Origin: Eledone cirrhosa
Lineage: Eukaryota
NCBI GenBank assembly: GCA_964016885.1
Contig: OZ024740.1
Span: 8,804,001 to 8,868,000, forward strand
Length of the DNA: 64,000 nucleotides
Direction of reading: 5' to 3'
Both the position numbers and the translations under genes were made by a program. This document shows positions 40,901 through 49,173 of this stretch, piece after piece. Numbering within the stretch: position 1 is the first letter of the stretch; the number at the start of each line of letters is the position of its first letter. The notes under the pieces are model-generated. The model was not told the origin of the DNA and did no database searches. It worked only from the letters and a program-made list of their open reading frames with translations.

Positions 40901-43900
40901 TCAATTTCGATTGGTATGTCAGTTTCGATTTGTATATCAGTTTCGATTCGTATGTCAGTTTCGATTGGTATGTCAGTTTCGATTGGTATGTCAGTTTCGA
41001 TTGGTATATCAGTTTCTATTGGTATATCAGTTTCGATTGATATACCAGTTTCGATTAGTATGTCAGTTTCTATTGGTATGTCAGTTTCGATTAGTATATC
41101 AGTTTCTGTTGGTATGCCAGTTTCGATTGGTATGTCAGTTTCTATTGGTATATCAGTTTCGATTGGTATATCAGTTTCGATTGGTACATCAGTTTCGATT
41201 GGTATGTCAGTTTATATTTGTATGTCAGTTTCTATTGGTATGCCACTTTCAATTGGTATATCAGTTTCGATTGGTATATCAGTTTCGATTGGTATGTCAG
41301 TCTCTATTGGTATATCAGTTTATATTTGTATGTTAGTTTCTATTGGTATGTCAGGTCCGATTGGTATGTTAGTCCGCGATTCGTACGTCAGTTTCTATTG
41401 GTATATCAATTTCGATTGGTAGGTCTGTTTCTATTGGTATATCAGTTTCTATTGGTATGTCAGTTTTGATTGGTATGTCAGTTTCTATTGGTATATCAGT
41501 TTCGATTGTTATATCAGTTTCTATTGTTACATCAGTTCCGATTGGTATATCAGTTTCGATTAGTATATCAGTTTCTATTGGTATATCAGTCCCGATTGGT
41601 ATATCAGTTTCGATTGGTATGTCAGTTTCTATTGGTATATCAGTCTCGATTGATATATCAGTTTCAATTAGTATGTCAGTTTCTAATGGTATGTCAGTTT
41701 CGATTAATATATCAGTTTCTATTGGTATATCAGTTTCGATTGGTATGTCAGTTTCCATTGGTATATCAGTTTCGATTGGTATATAAGTTGCGATTGGTAT
41801 GTCAGTTTCTATTGGTATGTCAGTTTCTATTAGTATATCGATTTCGATTGGTAGGTCAGTTTCTATTGGTATGTCAGTTTCAATTTGTATGTCAGTTTCT
41901 ATTGGTATGTCAGTTTCTATTGGTATATCTGTTTCTATTTGTATGTCAGTTTTGATTGGTATGTCAGTTTCTATTGGTATATCAGTTTCGATTGGTAAGT
42001 TAGTTTCTATTGTTATGTCAGTTTCTATTATTATATCAGTGTCTATTGGTATGTGAGTTTAAATTGGTATATCAGTTTCTATTGGTATATCAGTTCCGAT
42101 TGGTATATCAGTTTCGATTGGTATATAAGTTTCTATTGGTATATCAGTTCCGATTGGTATATCAGTTTCAATTGGTATGTCAGTTTCTATTGGTATATCA
42201 GTTTCGATTGATATATCAGTTTCGATTAGTATGTCAGTTTCTAATGGTATGTCAGTTTCGATTAGTATATCAGTTTCTATTGGTATGTCAGTTTCGATTG
42301 GTATGTCAGTTTCTATTGGTATATCAGTTTTGATTGGTATATCAGTTTTGATTGGTATATCAGTTTCGATTGGTATGTCAGTTTCGATTAGTATATCAGT
42401 TTCTATTGGTATGTCAGTTTCGATTGGTATGTTAGTCCTCTATTTGTATGTCAGTTTCTATTGGTATATCAATTTCGATTGGTATGTCAGTTTCTATTGG
42501 TATGTCAGTTTCTATTGGTATATCAGTTCCGATTGGTATGTCAGTTTCGATTGGTATATCAGTTTCTATTGGTATATCAGTTTCGATTGATATACCAGTT
42601 TCGATTAGTATGTCAGTTTCTATTGGTATGTCAGTTTCGATTAGTATATCAGTTTCTATTGGTATGCCAGTTTCGATTGGTTTGTCAGTTTCTATTGGTA
42701 TATCAGTTTCGATTGGTATATCAGTTTCGATTGGTATATCAGTTTCGATTGGTATGTCAGTTAATATTGGTATGTCAGTTTCTATTGGTATGTCACTTTC
42801 AATTGGTATATCAGTTTCGATTGATATGTCAGTTTCATTGGTATGTCAATTTCGATTGGTATATCAGTTTCGATTGGTATGTCAGTCTCTATTGGTATAT
42901 CAGTTTATATTTGTATGTCAGTTTCGATTAGTATGCCAGTTTCTATTGGTATATCAGTTTTTATTGGTATGTTAGTTTCTATTGGTATGTCAGTTCCGAT
43001 TGGTATGTTAGTCCGCGATTCGTACGTCAGTTTCTATTGGTTTATCAATTTCGATTGGTATGTCAGTTTCTATTGCTCTGTTAGTTTCTATTGGTATATC
43101 AGTTTCTATTGGTATGTCAATTTTGATTAGTATGTCAGTTTCTATTGGTATATCAGTTTCGATTGGTATATCAGTTTCTATTGGTATATCTGTTCCGATT
43201 GGTCTATCAGTTTCGATTGGTATGTCAGTTTCGATTAGTATATCAGTTTCTATTGGTATGTCAGTTATGATTGGTATGTCAGTTTCTATTGGTATATCAG
43301 TTTCTATTGGTATATCAGTTTCTATTGGTATGTCAGTTTCTATTGGTATGTCACTTTCTATTGGTATGTTAGTCCTCGTTTTGTATGTCAGTTTCTATTG
43401 GTATATCAATTTCGATTGGTATGTCAGTTTCTATTGGTATGTCAGTTTCTATTGGTATATCAATTTCGATTGGTATGTCAGTTTCGATTTGTATATCAGT
43501 TTCGATTCGTATGTCAGTTTCGATTGGTATGTCAGTTTCGATTTGTATGTCAGTTTCGATTGGTATATCAGTTTCAATTAGTATGTCAGTATCTATTGGT
43601 ATGTCGGTTTCCATTGGTATATCAGTTTCAATTGGTATGTCAGTTTCTATTGGTATATCAGTTTCTATTGGTATGTCAGTTTTGATAGGTATGTCAGTTT
43701 CTATTGGTATATCAGTTTTGATTGGTATATCAATTTCTATCGGTATATCAGTTCCGATTGGTATGTCAGTTTCGATTAGTATATCAATTTCTATTGGTAT
43801 ATCAGTTTCGATTGATATACCAGTTTCGATTAGTATGTCAGTTTCTATTGGTATGTCAGTTTCGATTAGTATATCAGTTTCTATTGGTATGCCAGTTTCG

Positions 43901-43928
43901 ATTTGTATGTCAGTTTCTATTGGTATAT
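25982..43928 (+). repeat. 18-bp satellite array, segment 3
   Basis: Same monomer and orientation. Carries variants tagtccgcgattcgtacgtc and gtgagtttaa. Confidence 0.99.
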
Positions 43929-44693
43929 AGAACAAAATATAATATTTTCACCAAAAACTGCCCTTTAAACACATGTCAGATGGATTACAATATTCATTAT
44001 CACAATTACTTTCACTGTTCCCTGACAACTAGTACCAGTTTCAAGATAGAATTATCTTAACGAAGTATATATAATTTGACTTGATTTTCGCCAACAAACC
44101 ACGTGTGGACATGGACGGGGAAAAAAGGAAAAAAAAACAAAACAAATCACTACGTCCCTTAAGGATCGCAGTAAGTACTCCACAAAACATATAAACAACA
44201 ATATACACACAGATTTATATACAGATACATACCATATGCATATACACACACGTGAAAAGAAACCACACTATTTCGTGTGAGACACTATACCGGCCAATTT
44301 TACCAATTTACATTGGTAAAATATTTCTTAACATTGACCTCGCTTCTAACCCACATACACCTTTTAATTATATATATATATACTAGCAGCTGAAAGTTAA
44401 TAATTTGGAAAAAAAAATATTACTGAAAGTTTACTATAAAGAAGCAGTATCAGGGGAAAAAAACCCCCAAAAAAACCTTATTTCGCTGTTAATAAACAAC
44501 TGCCTTCTACAGTACGTTTCATTTAACTTACGCAGCATATTTATTTGTTTACATGTAATGTAATTCAGACTCTTCTACACACACACAACATTTAGGAAAA
44601 CGGAAACAAAATACACAAAAAAACAGACATTTTATTTCTATCGTAATCAAGTGCGCTAAACCTATATTGCTTACATTCTGTGTTTTTCTACGG

Positions 44694-46067
44694 ATGGGTA
44701 GAAATAACAAAATTGCCATGGTGATATCCATCGATGAAATATGCGACAAAACCGGCCGATGTCCCAAGATAGAACATTGCCCAGAAAACCACATCTGCCA
44801 TATCTGTGCGGAACCCGAAAACTCGTTCCGTAATCGCTGGGTCGAATGTGGAACCTGTCGCATCTCTGTCTGCCTTCAATGCGCCACAGGCTTCCGGAGG
44901 ATCCCAGGCCAAAAAAAGAGACACCATAATGCTATGATGGATGGAATATGGGAGATGGTCCAGCTAAAATCCTGGTCCTTTCAGTGTCTGGCCTGTGTGC
45001 CTGCCTCCACGAATGTTATTAATGTTATTGAAAAACAACAACAACAACAAAAACCAATGACTGTGTCTTCCTCTACCACTGTTACTGAACAACGGCAAAA
45101 ACCTATGACACTGGCTTCTACTGTTATTCCTGTGGGAGAACATCAGAAACAACAACAACCCATGTCTTCCACTCCCAGTACATCTCGACACCAACAACTG
45201 GTGACTGTGTCTTCCCCTACCATTCCCGTGGAGGAACATCATCATCACCAACAACAACAACAGCAACAACCTGCGACTGTGTCCTCCCCTGCCATTCCCG
45301 TGGAGGAACATCATCATCACCAACAACAACAACAACAGCAACAACCTGCGACTGTGTCCTCCCCTGCCATTCCCGTGGAGGAACATCATCACCAACAACG
45401 ACAGCAGCAGCAGCAACAACAACAACAACAACAACCGACCAGTACAGATTTTGCGGAACTGCAACTAATGATTTCTGCTCTAAGAAGGGAAGTTGCAGGA
45501 ATAGAGGCAAGCATTCGGGTAGGACCCCACAATGAGGGGTCTTATCGGAATGCCTTGCTAAAGAATCTCCCTGTACCTCTTGCTGGAAAGACTGAAAAGA
45601 CTGCGGAATCTGCTACCCATGAAGTGATTGCCATTGGGGTACCAGAGGACAAGGCCGATCTTCAGGCATTTGCTGCCAGCTCGGCCAAAGACCTAGGCTG
45701 TGTTCCCCCAAAGGGTGCCCTCCGCCTTGGTCGACCTGGTCCAAAACCCAGACTCATCAGGCTGTCTTTCTCGGACCCCGCAGAGGCAACCTCATATCAT
45801 CTGGCCTCTGCTAAAGCTGGGCGTGAAAATCGGATTACCTTCCGAACACGCCCAGGCCTACCACCCCATGTACGTCAAAAACTACGTGCTGCAGCCTCCT
45901 TGAATCGGAACTCAGCACAAGATGAAAGTTTCAGTCTGCGTGATGATGGGCAGATCTGGAGGTTTGTCAAGGCGGGTGAAACGTGGAAGAGAGATACCAG
46001 CTGGTCTGAGTGTGATCTACCCACAATAACTGGCAATGTAAAAACTGCTACAACTCTGGGAAACTAA
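44694..46067 (+). CDS. LINE ORF1 protein: CCCH-like finger, PHD-like finger, His/Gln-rich repeats, coiled coil, RRM-like domain
   Basis: First ATG at 44694, GCCATGG at 44718. CDKTGRCPKIEHCPENH, then CHIC..WVECGTC..CLQC..WSFQCLAC. Heptad segment FAELQLMISALRREVAGIEASI. CR1-type ORF1 motifs SYRNAL, VIAIGVPE, RLGR..PRLIRLSF. Confidence 0.88.
   Translation: MGRNNKIAMVISIDEICDKTGRCPKIEHCPENHICHICAEPENSFRNRWVECGTCRISVCLQCATGFRRIPGQKKRHHNAMMDGIWEMVQLKSWSFQCLACVPASTNVINVIEKQQQQQKPMTVSSSTTVTEQRQKPMTLASTVIPVGEHQKQQQPMSSTPSTSRHQQLVTVSSPTIPVEEHHHHQQQQQQQPATVSSPAIPVEEHHHHQQQQQQQQPATVSSPAIPVEEHHHQQRQQQQQQQQQQQPTSTDFAELQLMISALRREVAGIEASIRVGPHNEGSYRNALLKNLPVPLAGKTEKTAESATHEVIAIGVPEDKADLQAFAASSAKDLGCVPPKGALRLGRPGPKPRLIRLSFSDPAEATSYHLASAKAGRENRITFRTRPGLPPHVRQKLRAAASLNRNSAQDESFSLRDDGQIWRFVKAGETWKRDTSWSECDLPTITGNVKTATTLGN
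45034..45436 (+). repeat. Coding minisatellite in ORF1: 72-75+ bp units encoding TVSSP(T/A)IPVEE-polyH-polyQ-PA
   Basis: Units start at 45204, 45276 and 45351, with degenerate precursors from about 45034. CAT and CAA tracts vary only in whole codons. Confidence 0.9.
46058..46067 (+). promoter_or_regulatory. Candidate -1 programmed ribosomal frameshift site G_GGA_AAC followed by ORF1 stop TAA
   Basis: ORF1 reads CTG GGA AAC TAA, placing the heptamer in X_XXY_YYZ register. The ORF2 frame is -1 and open from 46016. Confidence 0.6.
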
Positions 46068-46123
46068 ACCAGAACAACCTGCCACCCTCTACACACCATC
46101 ATAGACTGCGAGCAGGGTACAAA

Positions 46124-48889
46124 TTGTTGTCCTTAAATGCTCGCAGTTTATGCAACAAGATACATCTGTTCGAATCCTACGTCAGAAGCATCGACCCTGA
46201 CTTCATCACAGTCACGGAAACATGGGCACATTCCTTACTCTGTGATGGGGTTTTCACCATTACTGGGTACAACCTTTTCCGCAAGGACCGCATTAACCGC
46301 CGTGGTGGTGGTGTGATGGTCTACGTTCGTTCAAACTTTTCGGTAATTCCTTGCGTTGATTTGAACGAATCACAGGAAGAAGTTTTTTTCTGTGACATAC
46401 GTATGACCATGTCAACACTTCTGCTTGGTGTTGTTTATCGCCCCCCAAACTACCATCAGGACACACAGCTTTGCGATATCCTCAGAGTTGCTGCCAAGAA
46501 AACAGCCACTTATGTGTTTATTGCAGGTGACTTCAATCATCCTGAGATCGATTGGGAAACCTTTCGTTGGCCACAGGGTGCAAACGATTTCCTTGAACTA
46601 GTGCTGGACTCAAACTGGTCACAAGTAGTCACCTCTCCAACAAGAGGTGACAACACTTTGGACCTGATCTTCACCACTACTCCTGAAGTGGTTATCAGTT
46701 GTACTACTGAGGAACCTCTAGGCGACTCTGATCATGCTATGATCATTGCCAATCTGGCACTTGAGGGCAGCAACAAAAACCAGAGCCATCTCCAATCTGC
46801 TTGCTTTGATTGGAAGAGGGCGGATTGGAACTTGTACTGCACTGAGCTACAGCGCCCAAACTGGCATGAGATGTATAACTCTGGAGATGTGAACTCTATA
46901 CTCCAGAGCATCCTGGACTCAATATGGATAGCGTGTGCAGCATCAGTGCCACGGAAGCGGAAAAATAACCACCCCAAAAGTGCAATCTGGGAAACTTCAG
47001 CAGTCCGACTTGCCAGGAAAGAACGTCGGAACGCTGAACGGGAATATAAACTGCATAGATTAGATGCCAACAGAAAAAAGCGGAATAAATCTTCTAACCA
47101 TCTCAAGCAAGTGACAAAGAAGGCAGTGCTTGAATTTGAACAGTGCATCGCAACCAATCCTGACAGTAAGGTGTTCTGGAAATATGTTCATTCAAAGCAG
47201 AGACCTCACTCTCCAGTTGGTCCTCTTCGCAATCCCCACACAAGCCAGATCACTGACGATCCCAAGGAATGCGCAGAACTCATTGCTGAGTGCTATGCAA
47301 GTATTTTTACTGTTGAAAACCAGAATGTACCATCTCCACCATCTCTAACATCAAATTCCATAACAACTATGGAATTTACACCTGCAATGTTGCGACGTCA
47401 CCTTAAGAATAAGCGCAACTATGCCTCCCCTGGTCTTGATGGTGTGACATACCTGCTTCTCAAACGTGGCGGGGATTTCCTTTTGCGCCAGCTTTCTTTT
47501 TTCTTTCAATACTGTCTCAGCAATGGTGCTACTCCGGAGCAGTGGAAAACTGCCAGTGTCATTCCCCTGTTCAAAAAGGGCAACCGCATGTCACCTGTCA
47601 ACTATCGTCCAGTCAGTCTTACTAGCTGTATGGCCAAACTGATGGAATCCTGTGTCAGAGAAACACTTTGGAACTTCTGGAGCTCTCACAGCCTCATCCG
47701 GCCATCACAGTTTGGATTTATCCCTAACTCCAGCTGCTGTGATCAGCTTATCGAGTTCCTTGAGGACATCACCCGGATCACTGACAGCGGCTCATGGGTG
47801 GATGTTGTTTACCTTGACTTTGCTAAGGCTTTTAATTCTGTGCCACACAAAAGACTTATGGCAAAACTCTCTGCAATGGGTGTGAGGGATGATCTTTTCG
47901 ACTGGCTGAAATCCTTCATTCTCAGCCGAAGGGAAGTAGTCACGGTTCTAGGACAGCATTCTTCACCATATGAGATGTCATCTGGTGTACCACAGGGATC
48001 TGTTCTTGGTCCTCTTTTGTTTGTGGCATATATTAATGACATAGATGCCAACTTACAGAATGCCACGGTACTAAAATATGCAGATGACATCAAGCTGTAC
48101 CTTGAAATCAAAAGGACTGATCCTGAAATTTACAACTCTTTCCTACAATCAGACCTGGACACAATGCAGCAATGGATCACAGACTGGCAACTGAAGCTGG
48201 CTGTGGACAAGTGTACCACCATGCATTTTGGAAGGAAAAATCCAGCGTCCACATACTCCCTCCACAACACTGACATCAAAAAGTCCTCTTGTGAACGTGA
48301 CCTAGGCATTACTGTCAGCAACGATTTGCATTGGACAAAGCATGTCTCTAAGATTGTCAAGAAGGCCGAGGGTGTCTTGGCATCACTCAGCAAGACCTTT
48401 GTTAGCCGCTCTCCAGCCATCTATTTAAAACTGTATACAGCTATGGTGCGACCACACTTGGAATTCGCATCATCAGTCTGGAACCCCTATCTTGCTCGGA
48501 ACATTGACCTCCTGGAAACTGTTCAGAGACGTGCAACCAAGCGCATACCCTCCATCAGACACCTACCATACTCTGAACGCCTTGCTTCCCTGGGCATGGA
48601 TTCATTGAAGCTCCGACGTCTGGCAGTGGACTTGGTGAATACCCACAAAGTTTTTAACCATCTCGCCAACTGCAACCCTGAGCGCCTCTTTCATCTCCAT
48701 GTGTCTAACACACGTGGACATGCCTACAAGATAAGAAAACAGCACAGCTCCCATGACTTTCGCAGACATTTTTTCACGCTCAGAGTTGCTGAAACATGGA
48801 ACAAACTGCCTGCGTCAATTGTTAGCTGCCGAGACACTGCATCCTTTAAGACACTCATGCTTCCCGAAATACGCCAAAACTACACCTGA
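46124..48889 (+). CDS. CR1-type ORF2: APE endonuclease + reverse transcriptase (frame open from 46016, no ATG before the APE domain)
   Basis: APE motifs LNARSL, VTETW, GDFNHP, LDLIF, SDH. RT motifs PGLDG, NYRPVSLTS, QFGF, YLDFAKAF, GVPQGSVLGPLLF, YADD, DLG. CR1-type C-terminus VRPHLEFASSVWNP, LETVQRRATK, TRGH, WNKLP. No internal stops. Confidence 0.95.
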   Translation: MLSLNARSLCNKIHLFESYVRSIDPDFITVTETWAHSLLCDGVFTITGYNLFRKDRINRRGGGVMVYVRSNFSVIPCVDLNESQEEVFFCDIRMTMSTLLLGVVYRPPNYHQDTQLCDILRVAAKKTATYVFIAGDFNHPEIDWETFRWPQGANDFLELVLDSNWSQVVTSPTRGDNTLDLIFTTTPEVVISCTTEEPLGDSDHAMIIANLALEGSNKNQSHLQSACFDWKRADWNLYCTELQRPNWHEMYNSGDVNSILQSILDSIWIACAASVPRKRKNNHPKSAIWETSAVRLARKERRNAEREYKLHRLDANRKKRNKSSNHLKQVTKKAVLEFEQCIATNPDSKVFWKYVHSKQRPHSPVGPLRNPHTSQITDDPKECAELIAECYASIFTVENQNVPSPPSLTSNSITTMEFTPAMLRRHLKNKRNYASPGLDGVTYLLLKRGGDFLLRQLSFFFQYCLSNGATPEQWKTASVIPLFKKGNRMSPVNYRPVSLTSCMAKLMESCVRETLWNFWSSHSLIRPSQFGFIPNSSCCDQLIEFLEDITRITDSGSWVDVVYLDFAKAFNSVPHKRLMAKLSAMGVRDDLFDWLKSFILSRREVVTVLGQHSSPYEMSSGVPQGSVLGPLLFVAYINDIDANLQNATVLKYADDIKLYLEIKRTDPEIYNSFLQSDLDTMQQWITDWQLKLAVDKCTTMHFGRKNPASTYSLHNTDIKKSSCERDLGITVSNDLHWTKHVSKIVKKAEGVLASLSKTFVSRSPAIYLKLYTAMVRPHLEFASSVWNPYLARNIDLLETVQRRATKRIPSIRHLPYSERLASLGMDSLKLRRLAVDLVNTHKVFNHLANCNPERLFHLHVSNTRGHAYKIRKQHSSHDFRRHFFTLRVAETWNKLPASIVSCRDTASFKTLMLPEIRQNYT

Positions 48890-49044
48890 TGTGCCCCTTC
48901 CATACACATGCACACATGTGTGCACTGTTCATTTTACTGATGTTTGTGCATTGCCCTATGTACTGTACATGCACTTTTTTGATGGGTTGTGGTGCACCTG
49001 GGCACTGTGCACAATATTTCATTATTGTTATTGTTATTATATCA

Positions 49045-49173
49045 TGACTCATACACTGTTTATTTTCCTGACATTTGTACATTATTCTATGTACTATACA
49101 TGCACCTTTGATGAGTTGTAGTGCACCTGAGCACTGTACACAATAATTTCATTATTATTATTATCATTATTAT
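49045..49173 (+). mobile_element. Second, diverged 5'-truncated CR1 3' end (129 bp) in tandem behind the full element
   Basis: 49054-49150 aligns with 48923-49020 (about 14 substitutions and 2 indels per ~98 nt, counted by eye). It has its own (ATT)n tail at 49151-49176 and is flanked by TATATCA at 49038-49044 and 49174-49180. Confidence 0.8.

Larger units (their letters stand above)
43929..49037 (+). mobile_element. CR1-group non-LTR retrotransposon (LINE), apparently full length with both ORFs open
   Basis: About 765 bp of AT-rich leader, ORF1, ORF2 (APE-RT), short 3'UTR with hairpin, and an (ATT/GTT)n tail at 49021-49040. TATAT target duplication at 43924-43928 and 49038-49042. Empty site at 38700-38704. 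Confidence 0.93.

Noticed and set aside
20851-48889. Prokaryotic RT systems (retron, DGR, group II intron) templating the repeat array
   Set aside because: Both RTs are APE-fused LINE enzymes with tails and TSDs, contain no copy of the 18-mer, and have empty paralogous sites showing they inserted into a pre-existing array.
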